This document shows, one piece after another, positions 21,451 to 31,052 of a stretch of 64,000 nucleotides of DNA (position 1 is its first letter; each line of letters starts with the position of its first letter). Under the pieces are notes generated by a model. It saw only the letters and a list, made by a program, of their open reading frames with translations, made no database searches and was not told where the DNA came from. This DNA is from Planctomycetota bacterium (lineage in GTDB: Bacteria; Planctomycetota; UBA8108; SXIK01): contig OZ244999.1 of NCBI GenBank assembly GCA_965223265.1, forward strand, positions 9,115,497 through 9,179,496, written 5' to 3'. A program made the translations under genes and the position numbers.

Positions 21451-23082
21451 TTACTTCCCGAAGATTTTCCGTTCTCCTTCGAGCTTGCGTTCGTTCTCGC
21501 TGTGCGCCGGTTGCCCGGGAAAGTACTTTTCGACGATCCAAGAGGGTTGGTACCGATCATAGTGGCGAACACGACCGGTCAGGTCGATCGTCTCGTTCTG
21601 CGGCGACTCTGCTGTCAATGGCACGGTGTCGCTGACCAGACTTTGCCACCGCTCGATCCACCCCATCATCTCTGCGATTCGGTCGCTATGTTCTTCAGCC
21701 GCCGAAAGGTCATGAAGCTCGTGCGGATCTTTCTCGAGATCGAACAGCTGCGTTTTGTTGATGTGAGTGTATCGAATCAACTTGTAGCGGTCGTCGCGCA
21801 CGGCTCTCTGTTCTTTTTTAAAAAGCGTAAAGAGGGTGTCGCGAACCTTTTGCTGCGTGCCCTTCATCAGCGGCAGGAGGTCGACGCCTTCGACGCCTTC
21901 GGCCACGGGTGCAGCTGCGATACCAGCCAACGTCGGGAAAAGATCGAAGAGGTACGTCAGAGCCTTGGAGCTGCCCCCGGCAGGAATTCCGTTGCCGACG
22001 AAAATCAGGGGGCAAGCCGTGGAGTGCTCGTAGACGTTTTGTTTTCCCAGCAGTCCGTGGCTTCCCACCGCGAGTCCATGATCGGCGCTGTAGACGATCA
22101 CAGTATTGTCGCTCAAACCGGTCTGCTCGAGCGCCGTGATGATGCGGCCGACCTGCTCGTCGAGATGGGTCACAAGGCCGTAATACTCGGCGAGTTGGTC
22201 GCGAATGACTTGCGGAGTCCGCGGCCATGCTGCGAGCGCTTCGTCCCGTCCCGTCATCCAACCATTGTTGAAGGGATGCTGTGCCTTGTAATTCTTAGGC
22301 AGCGGCAGATTCTTCTTGTAGTATTTCTCGCGATACGCCGGCGGTGGTTGACGCGGGTCGTGCGGGGCGGTGAAGGCCACGTAGGCAAAGAACGGTATTT
22401 CCGATCGAGCTTTGGCATGCTCGCGGAGGAAGTCGATCGTCGCGTCGGCGAAGAGCTCGCTGGAGAACTTCTTGGCGTAACGCGGGTTGATCAACCTCGC
22501 GCCGTCGCTGGAGAGATCCCAGACCGGGCACTGCGTGTGGTCGCACATGCCGGTCTGCAGTGACGCCGTGCCGTAGCGAAAGCCGCGGATAAACGACTCC
22601 TTACCGTTGTGCCACTTTCCGGTGCCGAACGTTGCGTAGCCGACACCGGCGAGAACTTCAGGTAGCGTCTGCACACCGCTAAGATCTTCCGGAGCACGAT
22701 AGAGGCTACGACCACTGAGGAGCATTGCGCGCGACGGCTGACAAACCGCGCCTTGGTTCGAGCCCATGCAGTAGTTGCGCTCGAAGCGAAAGCCGCGCTC
22801 CACGAGTCGGTCAATGTGGGGCGTTTCGATGTGCGGGTTGCCGAGAGCCGCGATGGTGTCGGCGCGCTGGTCGTCGGCGAAGAGAAAAAGAATGTTCGGC
22901 CGGCTGTCCGCCTTGAGTATCAGCGCCGGAATCAGGATCCACGCACAAACGCTGAGCGCGAACGCACGAAGCCAAGTTGTACCCGCGCCACGCCGCCACT
23001 CACTTGAGACTTGCCCGGAACGCGAAGAGTCAAAAGAACGCAAGTGGGATAGGTTTGTCGTTGTTGGCTCTGCGATTTTCAT
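21451..23082 (-). CDS. Sulfatase (Cys-type, choline-sulfatase-like)
   Basis: RPNILFLFADD, CQPSRAMLLSG (CxPxR), GKWH, APHDP, SADHG; start uncertain. Confidence 0.93.
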   Translation of the reverse strand: MKIAEPTTTNLSHLRSFDSSRSGQVSSEWRRGAGTTWLRAFALSVCAWILIPALILKADSRPNILFLFADDQRADTIAALGNPHIETPHIDRLVERGFRFERNYCMGSNQGAVCQPSRAMLLSGRSLYRAPEDLSGVQTLPEVLAGVGYATFGTGKWHNGKESFIRGFRYGTASLQTGMCDHTQCPVWDLSSDGARLINPRYAKKFSSELFADATIDFLREHAKARSEIPFFAYVAFTAPHDPRQPPPAYREKYYKKNLPLPKNYKAQHPFNNGWMTGRDEALAAWPRTPQVIRDQLAEYYGLVTHLDEQVGRIITALEQTGLSDNTVIVYSADHGLAVGSHGLLGKQNVYEHSTACPLIFVGNGIPAGGSSKALTYLFDLFPTLAGIAAAPVAEGVEGVDLLPLMKGTQQKVRDTLFTLFKKEQRAVRDDRYKLIRYTHINKTQLFDLEKDPHELHDLSAAEEHSDRIAEMMGWIERWQSLVSDTVPLTAESPQNETIDLTGRVRHYDRYQPSWIVEKYFPGQPAHSENERKLEGERKIFGK

Positions 23083-23307
23083 CCTAGGACCTTGCCAGCG
23101 GAAGTTGAGGAATTGGAGCATTCTAAGTTAATCGCCCACAAGATCTCTTCCAAGGGCGAATGCGAGGTGCGGCACTCCAGCTCGCGGCCGATGGTAGACC
23201 GGATTTGTCAGCTCATGGCACAATGTTGTCGTATCCCGTTATCCTCATGTCGTTGTCCACGGCGGTCTGTTTTGTTGCTTCCACCGGCGCTGCGCGAGTG
23301 TACATCC

Positions 23308-25659
23308 ATGAGACTCATGTCGATTCGGTCGATGCGTCCGCTGCTTCTATGTTTCCTTCCTTCGATCTTAAGTGGGGTCGCGTTCGCCGAAGAGCGTCGC
23401 ATCACAAATGCCGCGCACGTTGTCTTTCTGATCGGCGAGCGTGAGTATGATACTCGTCGCACTCTCCCGGCGTTCGCCGCCGATGAACTCATTTCGCGCG
23501 GTCTGCGCTGTACTTTTGTGCACGCGGATCCGGATGACCCAAACCAGTTTCCTGGGATCGCCGCGGTCGCTGATGCCGACTTGGTGTTTGTCAGCGTCAG
23601 ACGGAGAACGCCGCCGATCCCTCAGTTGGCGTTTCTGCGTCAACATTTGGCCGCTGGGAAGCCGCTCGTGGGAATCCGTACAGCGAGTCATGCGTGGGAT
23701 GCTCCACCGCCGCCCGGGCACGACCGTTGGGAACGCTTTGATCGCGAGGTTTTCGGTATGCACTACCAGCGACACTACGGCAACAAGCCGCCGGAGGATC
23801 CGCCGTCGTTGATTCGTGTTGCCTCAGCGGCGACCGATCATCCGATTCTCAAGGGCGTGCGCCGGGATGAGTTTCCTGTAACGTCCCATCTTTACCGCAA
23901 TCGAGATCCGGGTGCGCAAACGACGACGTTGATGACCGGATGGGTTCCAGATCGTGGCGAACGCGAGCCGGTCGCGTGGACGAACGCGTTCAACGGTGCG
24001 CGCGTGTTTTACACGTCGCTTGGCGATCCCGAGGACCTGCGGCGTCAAGCGGTACGCCTCCTGCTTGTCAACGCCGTATATTGGGCACTCGGTGAGCCTT
24101 CGCCTGGCACGCTCTTGAGTGCCGCCGTGCCCGACGCCATCGAACTTTCGCTACGGCGGCGTGACGTCCTCACCGGAGAGGTGCAGATGACGAAGGAGCG
24201 CGTTGATCCCGTGCGGGTGGGTATCGTTGCCATCGATATGTGGAATTGGCACTGGTGCAAAACCTCGGCGGCGCGCGTCGGTGCGTTGGTGCCGCGCATG
24301 AATCGCGTCTTTGAGGCGGCGCGTCACCTCGGGATGCAGGTTTTCTTGTGTCCAACGGACGCTGTAGAAGCGTACGTGGGTACGCCGCAGCGCGAGATCG
24401 TTTTTGCCATGCCGCGCCATGCCATGCCCGATCCTGTCGACGTCAACTGTCCGCGCCCTCGCGACGGTGGTGGTTGCACTTGCGGCGTCGAGCGCTGCAA
24501 GGGAAACTACGGCTGGGACGCGATGCATCCTGACCTGATCATAGGTAGTCGCGATCTCATGCCGAACGACCCTGAGGTCCTCTACTCGATCTGTCAACAG
24601 CGGGGCATCACACATCTTATCTACACCGGTGTTCATACTCAGGTCTGCGTGCTCAACAAGTCAGTAGGTGTACGTCGTATGAAGGCAATAGGCCTCGAGT
24701 GCATTCTGGCACGCGATCTAACCGATGCGCACGGAGTCTATCAGCCCGATGAAGGTTTCACTCCAGACGACCTGACTGCCGAGGTGATCGAGCACTTCGA
24801 GAAACATCTGGTGGCGACCGTCGACCTTGGCGACGAGATGAGGAACGCCGGGTTCTGGGACGATTCCGTGCGAATCGATCCTGTTCGATTCGCGCCGTGG
24901 GGAAAGCGAGAGCGGCCCCACCTCTTCGAGAAGGAAGTAGTCGTGACGCTCACAGATCCTCTCCACGAGGGTGCGGAGATTCGTTATACACTCGACGACA
25001 GCGATCCGCATGACGACTCACAACTCTACGAGCAGCCGCTCCAATTGAGCGCCAGCCAGACGGTGCGAGCGGCTTCCTTTATCGGCGACCGACAGCTCAA
25101 CGACGTCTCTGAAGGCCATTTCGTCCGGTTGGGCTCCTCGCCTCCTGCGCCCGATATTCACCTCTCAGAGATCGAGCCGCTGCGAGTCGCGGGCCCTGGC
25201 CACTCACCGTCCGCAACGCGGCATCGTTTCTCTGGGCTCTCGAATCCGCCGCAGAAAGATCGCAGCAACCGCAAGGCAGCACTGCGGATGCGCGGGCAGA
25301 CGTACGCGCGGGGAATGGGAGTTCATGCGCCGAACCAGCTGCTCTACCGCGTCGAGCCGCACTACGAGAGGTTCGTTGCGCTCGCGGGAATCGATGAAGA
25401 GATTCTTGAGTACAACAACGCGTCGAATCTCGGGCGGTTTCCTAGCGTCATTTTTCGCGTTTACATCGACGGCAAGCTGCGCGCCGAGAGCCCGGTGATG
25501 AAAATCTCGGAAGAACCATGGCGTTTCGACGTGTCGATTCGAAAGGGCAGTCGGCAGATCAGCTTGGTCGCCACAGACGCGGGCGACGGGAACAAACTCG
25601 ATCTGGCGAACTGGGCGAACGCCGGATTCGTGATCAGGAAGGCCGCGGCCGGTCGGTGA
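23308..25659 (+). CDS. Secreted multidomain protein: ThuA-like + isochorismatase-like + FN3/chitobiase-like + NPCBM/NEW2
   Basis: Signal peptide ending AFA; [22 protein letters not shown] (ThuA); IDMW...GVHTQVCV...RDLTDA (isochorismatase); [10 protein letters not shown]; RGMGVHA...GIDEE...ANWANAGF (NPCBM). Confidence 0.8.
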   Translation: MRLMSIRSMRPLLLCFLPSILSGVAFAEERRITNAAHVVFLIGEREYDTRRTLPAFAADELISRGLRCTFVHADPDDPNQFPGIAAVADADLVFVSVRRRTPPIPQLAFLRQHLAAGKPLVGIRTASHAWDAPPPPGHDRWERFDREVFGMHYQRHYGNKPPEDPPSLIRVASAATDHPILKGVRRDEFPVTSHLYRNRDPGAQTTTLMTGWVPDRGEREPVAWTNAFNGARVFYTSLGDPEDLRRQAVRLLLVNAVYWALGEPSPGTLLSAAVPDAIELSLRRRDVLTGEVQMTKERVDPVRVGIVAIDMWNWHWCKTSAARVGALVPRMNRVFEAARHLGMQVFLCPTDAVEAYVGTPQREIVFAMPRHAMPDPVDVNCPRPRDGGGCTCGVERCKGNYGWDAMHPDLIIGSRDLMPNDPEVLYSICQQRGITHLIYTGVHTQVCVLNKSVGVRRMKAIGLECILARDLTDAHGVYQPDEGFTPDDLTAEVIEHFEKHLVATVDLGDEMRNAGFWDDSVRIDPVRFAPWGKRERPHLFEKEVVVTLTDPLHEGAEIRYTLDDSDPHDDSQLYEQPLQLSASQTVRAASFIGDRQLNDVSEGHFVRLGSSPPAPDIHLSEIEPLRVAGPGHSPSATRHRFSGLSNPPQKDRSNRKAALRMRGQTYARGMGVHAPNQLLYRVEPHYERFVALAGIDEEILEYNNASNLGRFPSVIFRVYIDGKLRAESPVMKISEEPWRFDVSIRKGSRQISLVATDAGDGNKLDLANWANAGFVIRKAAAGR

Positions 25660-25664
25660 TGGTG

Positions 25665-25970
25665 GCAGAGGCGGAAGCAGAGGCGGAAGCAGAGGCGGAA
25701 GCAGAGGCGGAAGCAGAGGCGGAATCAGAGACAGAATCAGAGACAGAATCAGAGACAGAATCAGAGACAGAATCAGAGACAGAATCAGAGACAGAATCAG
25801 AGACAGAATCAGAGACAGAATCAGAGACAGAAGCAGAGACAGAAGCAGAGACAGAAGCAGAGACAGAAGCAGAGACAGAAGCAGAGACAGAAGCAGAGAC
25901 AGAAGCAGAGACAGAAGCAGAGACAGAAGCAGAGACAGAAGCAGAGACAGAAGCAGAGACAGAAGCAGAG
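25665..25970. repeat. Perfect 12-bp tandem array in three blocks: (GCAGAGGCGGAA)5 (TCAGAGACAGAA)9 (GCAGAGACAGAA)11 + GCAGAG
   Basis: Read directly; begins 5 bp after the stop of the upstream gene. Confidence 0.97.
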
Positions 25971-25997
25971 AAGAGGTGTGCCGCCAAGGGGCGTTTG

Positions 25998-26170
25998 CGG
26001 CGGCGGTATTGTCGAGCGTAACGGAAGCAGAGCCGGCCTCAAGGGTGCCCTCGCTGCGCTCGGCGCTTCGCGCCCTTGACCCCGGCTCTGCTTCCGTTGG
26101 CGGGGGTGAAACGCCGCCGCGTCGGGCGTGCGGCGAGAGTTTCACTCAACCGGTTGACCGGAGTCTTCTC
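25998..26170 (+). promoter_or_regulatory. Conserved hairpin leader, copy 1 (putative ssDNA promoter or structured RNA)
   Basis: 17-bp perfect arms 26020-26036 / 26082-26098 around a 42-nt core (26039-26080) identical to copy 2; the function is inferred. Confidence 0.75.
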
Positions 26171-26494
26171 ATGGGCTTTCTCGCTTTGGATCACTCTGTT
26201 GGTATCGTTCGTCAGTTGCGTCCGCTTGTCTCGCGTGTGCGTCGTCACGACTCGAAGCTTGCCGCTCAGCTGCGCGACGCGGGGTCCTCCGTGGCGCTGA
26301 ATTTGGGCGAGGGCAATCGGCGCTCTGGTCGTGACCGCGGGCATCTCTGGCGTGTTGCTTCAGGCAGTGCCGAAGAGGTGCGTACGGCGCTCCGTGTTGC
26401 TGAGGCTTGGGGCTACGTCGATGCGCAGGAGACAGCTCCGGTGCTTGCGGACATCGACGAGCTGCAGGCGATGCTTTGGAAGCTGACGCGCTGA
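26171..26494 (+). CDS. Four-helix bundle protein (23S-IVS/TIGR02436-like, Avd-like fold), copy 1, 107 aa
   Basis: LAAQLRDAGSSVALNLGEG...WRVASGSAEEV matches the family pattern Q..RA..S...N..EG...A.GS..E; GGAG RBS. Confidence 0.88.
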   Translation: MGFLALDHSVGIVRQLRPLVSRVRRHDSKLAAQLRDAGSSVALNLGEGNRRSGRDRGHLWRVASGSAEEVRTALRVAEAWGYVDAQETAPVLADIDELQAMLWKLTR

Positions 26495-26506
26495 GCTTGG
26501 GGTTTT

Positions 26507-26539
26507 GGGCCCGTCGTGCTTTTTTGGCGCGGCGGGTTT
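26507..26539 (+). terminator. G.U-rich hairpin just after four-helix copy 1 (possible terminator)
   Basis: GGGCCCGTCGTGC-T6G-GCGCGGCGGGTTT; the U tail is short. Confidence 0.4.
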
Positions 26540-26775
26540 GAGGCGGAACCGGAGGCAGAGACAGACCCGACAGTTGCATAAGTTTTCGCAGGAAGGGCTC
26601 AGAAACCCTTTCCCTGAGGTTCGATCGGCAGTTGAAGGACGTCGCGGCGGACCTCACGTTTGGTGAGGTTGACGGTCTGCCGTGTTCCCCCCACGCCCAC
26701 GCACACCCACACGCAAACTCTCACTCAATCGCAATCGCGCACGGTCTTAAGGCGTGTCTTTTTTGCAACGTTGGG

Positions 26776-26888
26776 GTCAGAGTCAGAATCAGAGACGGAT
26801 GACGGATAGAGATACAGAACCAGATGACAGAGTCAGCGACGGAGACAGAATCAGAGACGAGATGACAGAGTCGGAATCAGATCCAGAA
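26776..26888. repeat. Degenerate hexamer array (GTCAGA/ATCAGA/GACAGA/GACGGA)
   Basis: Read directly; same family as the 25665-25970 array; lies downstream of copy 2. Confidence 0.8.
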
Positions 26889-26901
26889 GTCGCCGTGAGC
26901 A

Positions 26902-26927
26902 GCGCCCGCTACGAAAGTAGCGGGCGC
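26902..26927. other. Perfect 11-bp hairpin GCGCCCGCTAC-GAAA-GTAGCGGGCGC after four-helix copy 2
   Basis: Direct inverted repeat; no U tract, so not a clear intrinsic terminator. Confidence 0.7.
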
Positions 26928-26940
26928 ATGGGCGTCTCGC

Positions 26941-27264
26941 TCAGCGCGTGAGGCCGCTGAGAAGAGCCAGGAGTCGATCGAGGGTCTGGAGAGGCACTGA
27001 GACTTCTTCGGCCTTGAGATCGCCCCAGGCCACAGAGAGCTGCAGGGCAGTCTCGACCTCCCGGGCACTGCCGCGCGCAACGCGGTAGAGGTGCAGCCGG
27101 TCTTTCCCAGCGCGCTCGGCACCCTCGGAGAGATTGAGCGCGACCGAAGAAGCAGCCCGCCGAATCTGCCGATGGAGATCGGGATCAAGCCTCCGAAGCC
27201 GCAGCAGTGGAGCCCGCAAATCGCGAATCAAACCGAGACTGACATCGAGAGCGATGAAGCGCAT
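26941..27264 (-). CDS. Four-helix bundle protein, copy 2, 107 aa
   Basis: LHRQIRRAASSVALNLSEG...YRVARGSAREV; 57/107 residues identical to copy 1 by ungapped manual count; GGAGG RBS. Confidence 0.9.
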   Translation of the reverse strand: MRFIALDVSLGLIRDLRAPLLRLRRLDPDLHRQIRRAASSVALNLSEGAERAGKDRLHLYRVARGSAREVETALQLSVAWGDLKAEEVSVPLQTLDRLLALLSGLTR

Positions 27265-27428
27265 GAGAGACCTCCGAAACGGTGAGTCAAGAGCCCGCCG
27301 CATCCGGGCGGCGGTACTCCACCCCCCAACGCGGAGCGGAGGAACTGTCAAGGGCGCGAAGCGCCGAGCGCAGCGAGGGCACCCTTGACAGTTCTGAGCA
27401 CCGCGTAAGCTCGACAAGACCGCCGCCG
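27265..27428 (-). promoter_or_regulatory. Conserved hairpin leader, copy 2
   Basis: 42-nt core 27347-27388 identical to copy 1; arms differ in sequence but remain complementary (ACGCGG..GAACTG / CAGTTC..CCGCGT). Confidence 0.75.
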
Positions 27429-27436
27429 TACGGTGA

Positions 27437-27590
27437 CCCCAACCCACACGGACTCCCACACGGACTCCCACACCCACGGGAACGGCCGACGCGCACGCCG
27501 ACAAGGCCGGACGGCACACGGCGTGTGCCTGCCACGTTGAAGAGGCGCGCACCCACTCCCACACGGACTCCCCCTCCCCCTCCCACGCAA
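27437..27590. repeat. C/A-rich short repeats (CCCACACGGACT x2-3) flanking one REP-like palindrome at 27501-27535
   Basis: The minus strand reads GTGGCAGGCACACGCCGTGTGCCGTCCGGCCTTGT, near-identical to the units at 51710-51927. Confidence 0.85.
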
Positions 27591-27629
27591 CCGCGAACCG
27601 AGTCCCAGGCATCAAAACGAGCGTCCCTC

Positions 27630-28199
27630 TCACCCTTCGATCTCGGCGCGCAGCCACGCCCGTGCCATGTACCAGTCGGCTTCGGCGGTGCGCTGTGAGA
27701 CGTTGAGAGCTGTGGCGACTTCCGGCATGCTCAGGCCGCCGAAGAAGCGGAGCTCGACCACCCGGCTTTTGCGCTCGTCCATTTCGGCGAGCTTCTTGAG
27801 CGCGTCATCGAGCGCGATGAGATCGACCTCCTCCTCGCGATCCTGGGACGACTCAGCCTTGCCGATCGTGATGCGTTGCCACTCCCCACCGCGCTTCTGC
27901 GCCCCTCGGCGGCGGGCATGGTCGATCAGCACTTGGCGCATCACTTTGGCGGCGATGGCCAGAAAGTGAGCGCGACTCTCCCAATCGACCTGATCCTGAT
28001 CGATCACGCGCAGGTAAGCTTCGTGGACGAGTGCCGTCGGCTGCAGCGTGTGGGCGACGCGCTCCCGCCGCAATTGCCCTTGCGCCAGTCGTCGCAGCTC
28101 GTCGTAGACGAGCGGCATGAGCTGCCGCATGGCATCGCCCTCACCCGAACGCGCGCGTTGGAGAAGTCGGGTCACTTCTGCGGGGTCGAGTTCCGTCAC
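27630..28199 (-). CDS. ECF sigma-70 factor, TIGR02999-like (kinase-associated type)
   Basis: VTRLLQ, PLVYDELRRLA, HTLQPTALVHEAYLR, RQVLIDHARRR.A.KRGG, VELRFFGGL, DWYMARAWL. Confidence 0.93.
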   Translation of the reverse strand: MTELDPAEVTRLLQRARSGEGDAMRQLMPLVYDELRRLAQGQLRRERVAHTLQPTALVHEAYLRVIDQDQVDWESRAHFLAIAAKVMRQVLIDHARRRGAQKRGGEWQRITIGKAESSQDREEEVDLIALDDALKKLAEMDERKSRVVELRFFGGLSMPEVATALNVSQRTAEADWYMARAWLRAEIEG

Positions 28200-28285
28200 G
28201 AGCAGTCGTTACCTCGAGTAACTGCTACTGTGCAACTCTCCGTACCCAGTTGCTCGCGACGACATATCAAGCGGCTCGGACGGAA

Positions 28286-29641
28286 CTATCCCATCAGCTC
28301 CGTGATCGGCGTCGGATCGCTCGCGATGTGCACAGGGCGGCCGAGAGGAGTGTAGAGGATCTTGTCCGGGTTGATCCCGAGTTTGCGGTAGATCGTCGAC
28401 ACGAAATTCTCGGGCGACAACACCCGGTCCGCGGCCGAGTAGCCGTGCTTGTCGGTCGAGCCAACGATCTGTCCGCCCGGAGTTCCGCCGCCTGCGAAGA
28501 GGACGCTCATGGCGTTGGACCAGTGATCACGTCCTGCTTTTTTGCGCCCCGGGATGAGGGAAATCTTCGGCGTCCGGCCGAATTCGCCGAGCATGACGAT
28601 GAGCGTCCGTTCGAGAAGCCCTCGGACTTCAAGGTCTTCGATGAGCGCTGACAACGCCGTGTCGAGGCGTGGCACTTGGACGCGATTGCGGTCGAAGATC
28701 TCACTGTGGTGATCCCAGCCATCGTTCTCGATGGTGATGAAGGGGACACCGGCTTCGACAAGACGTCGAGCGAGCAGGGTCTGTTGACCGACTTCGGTGC
28801 GGCCGTATCGATCACGTACACTGTCCGGCTCGCTGTGAACGTCGAACGCCTTCTGAGCTTCGGGCGATGTGATGAGCTGATGGCCTTGGGCGTAGAACTC
28901 ATCCATGGCGACGACCGGATCGGCTGCTGACTCATCGTTGATTCGCAGCAGCTCGTCGACCTCCTGCCGAATCTCCTGACGGCGCAGAAAACGCTCGCCG
29001 CCGAGACCGCGTGGCAAGACGACGTCACGGACGCGAAAATCGGACTTGTTCGGATCGCCGCCGACAACGAATGGAGCGTACTTTGCGCCGAGAAAGTTGG
29101 GTCCGCCGGAGCGCGTCATCGTTGGCAGCGAGAAGTATCCAGGCATGCCCTCGGGCGCCGTCCGTTCGTGAGCCGTGATCGATCCGAGGCTGGGATGGAA
29201 ACTGACGAACGCGCCACACGATACCGGTATGCGCGTCGGCATGCCCGTCATCATGTAGTGGTTGCCGGCGCCATGGTTGCCGTGGTTGTGGCGAATCGAG
29301 CGAACCACCGCGAGCTTGTCAGCCATCGCGGCGAGCCGCGGCAGCGTCTCGGAGAAGCGAACCCCAGGGATTTTCGTCGGGATGGAGCCGATCTCGCCGC
29401 GGATCTCGCTCGGAGCGTCGGGCTTGGGGTCGAAGGTCTCAAAGTGAGACGGTCCGCCGTCCAGGAAGTAGAGAATGCAACTGTCGGCCTGCCGCTCGCT
29501 TGGGTCGCCAGCCGCCCCTTGCGCTCTGAGGGCGTTGACCAAGCCCCCGCCACCGAAAAACGATACGCCACCGAAGTAGCCGCCGACTCCGAGCTTGAGA
29601 CAGGATCGACGGGTCATTCCATCGCAATTGCGACTTGCCAT
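28286..29641 (-). CDS. DUF1501 domain protein (Tat-like signal)
   Basis: CDGMTRRSCL, GGPSHFETFDPKP, LLARRLVEAGV, GWDHH, GEFGRTP, GRDHW. Confidence 0.93.
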   Translation of the reverse strand: MASRNCDGMTRRSCLKLGVGGYFGGVSFFGGGGLVNALRAQGAAGDPSERQADSCILYFLDGGPSHFETFDPKPDAPSEIRGEIGSIPTKIPGVRFSETLPRLAAMADKLAVVRSIRHNHGNHGAGNHYMMTGMPTRIPVSCGAFVSFHPSLGSITAHERTAPEGMPGYFSLPTMTRSGGPNFLGAKYAPFVVGGDPNKSDFRVRDVVLPRGLGGERFLRRQEIRQEVDELLRINDESAADPVVAMDEFYAQGHQLITSPEAQKAFDVHSEPDSVRDRYGRTEVGQQTLLARRLVEAGVPFITIENDGWDHHSEIFDRNRVQVPRLDTALSALIEDLEVRGLLERTLIVMLGEFGRTPKISLIPGRKKAGRDHWSNAMSVLFAGGGTPGGQIVGSTDKHGYSAADRVLSPENFVSTIYRKLGINPDKILYTPLGRPVHIASDPTPITELMG

Positions 29642-30031
29642 TTCGCCTACACTCTCAAATCCGTAAAAGGTCGCGAAACCCAGACTGCTTGGTCAGTTGT
29701 GACGCCAACAGAAAGACAGCCTAACGGAGCCTCGGAGGGGTTGAAAGCCCTTTTCCACCGGGCGCGATCAGATCGCGAACGCCAGGCAGACTTCTGATTC
29801 CGAAAATCTGCCGCCTGGCGCGCCGAGGGTCTTTGCGCCGGGGCTCGCGTCGCTTCGGTCTTGTGTTGTAACGCTTTATCTACGAATACGATGCAGCGAT
29901 TACCCGAGACGAGACGTAAATTCCCGTCGCCGATCGTGGTCGCCAATTCGGCTTGCGTCGTGCCCGCGGGCCAGCTAATCTGCGGCGCTCGTCCGCGGAC
30001 ACCGATCCTCCGAGCTAGCCGAGTGAGCTGC

Positions 30032-31033
30032 ATGCCTGTGGCCCGACGCCGTCTGGCGTTCTTCAGCAAGAGCAAGCGCCGTACGCTCTACACCCACTTC
30101 ATCATACGTGCGCTCGAACGCTGCGGCTGCGACGTCCTCCACGTCAACATGATCGCGTATCGCCGCTTTGTCGGTCGTCGTTTGGCCGATTGCGTCGTGA
30201 GCCGGCACGTCGAGGGTTTTCAGCCCGACGCGCTGATCGTGTTCTCGAGCGATATTCAGCCGCGGACGTTTGACGCGCTTCGGCGCCGTTTTCCGACGGC
30301 CCTGCTCCTCGACGATTGCTTCGAGCTGGATGCACCCGTGACCGAGAGGATTCTCAAGGTGGACGTTTTCTTCCACACCATGACGGGGATGCTGGAGGAG
30401 TATCGCTCGCTGGGAGTTCGCCGTCCGGTTTATCTTCACAGCGGTGTTGATCCGGAAGCGCACCGCCGCGTCGCCTCTGACCGTCGTTACGCCAGTGACG
30501 TCGCCTTCATCGGCAAGGCGATCTATCCCGCGCGCATCGAGCTTATGAAGCGGCTCGATGCCGAGTTCGACTTTCGCGCGTACGGCCGCGGTTGGGATGC
30601 CCACGGACTCAGGGGTGCGCGCCCCGGCATCGGCGTCAGGGAGTTTCGGCGCGTCTGTGCCAGTGCCAAGGTCGTCGTCGGTATCGACAAGACCGATCAG
30701 CGAGAGCTCTACTTTTCGAATCGAACCTGGTTCGTTCTGGGAAGTGGGGGCTTCCTGTTGACTCGCTACGTACCGGGTCTGGAGCGATTGTTTGCGAACC
30801 ATCGCCATCTCGCGTGGTTTCGTTCTCCGGACGAGGCCGTTTCGCAGATCACGCACTATCTGCAGCACGACGAAAGGCGTCAGTTGATCGCTGATGCTGG
30901 CCAGGCGTTTGTGCATGAACACTATCCGTTTGACCGCATGGCGCGCAACATGCTCAAAGTGTTGTTTGAGAGTGGCGAACCTGATCCGCTCACTGATCCC
31001 GGTGCGTCGCTCAAGTGTGGAGAACGTCCGTAG
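30032..31033 (+). CDS. Glycosyltransferase, CgeB/Glyco_trans_1_2-like
   Basis: DVAFIG...RIELM, YGRGW, YFSNRTWFVLGSGGFLLT, IADAGQAFVHEHY; start placed at MPVARR. Confidence 0.82.
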   Translation: MPVARRRLAFFSKSKRRTLYTHFIIRALERCGCDVLHVNMIAYRRFVGRRLADCVVSRHVEGFQPDALIVFSSDIQPRTFDALRRRFPTALLLDDCFELDAPVTERILKVDVFFHTMTGMLEEYRSLGVRRPVYLHSGVDPEAHRRVASDRRYASDVAFIGKAIYPARIELMKRLDAEFDFRAYGRGWDAHGLRGARPGIGVREFRRVCASAKVVVGIDKTDQRELYFSNRTWFVLGSGGFLLTRYVPGLERLFANHRHLAWFRSPDEAVSQITHYLQHDERRQLIADAGQAFVHEHYPFDRMARNMLKVLFESGEPDPLTDPGASLKCGERP

Positions 31034-31052
31034 CGTTCCCGCCGCCGTGCGC

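Noticed and set aside
26014-26102. Integron attC site (…TAAC…GTTGG… palindrome)
   Set aside because: Copy 2 lacks the AAC of the R'' box, the R boxes do not fit RYYYAAC/GTTRRRY, the elements lie upstream rather than downstream of the ORFs, and there is no integrase.
25204-26145. ORFs with poly-(LLLS), (AE/TE), (SVSA) or (CFCL) tracts
   Set aside because: They are translations of the 12-bp array in several frames, not credible proteins.
26171-27264. Diversity-generating retroelement (Avd-like genes) or 23S rRNA intervening sequence
   Set aside because: No reverse transcriptase, no TR/VR pair with A-specific mismatches and no rRNA sequence in the window.
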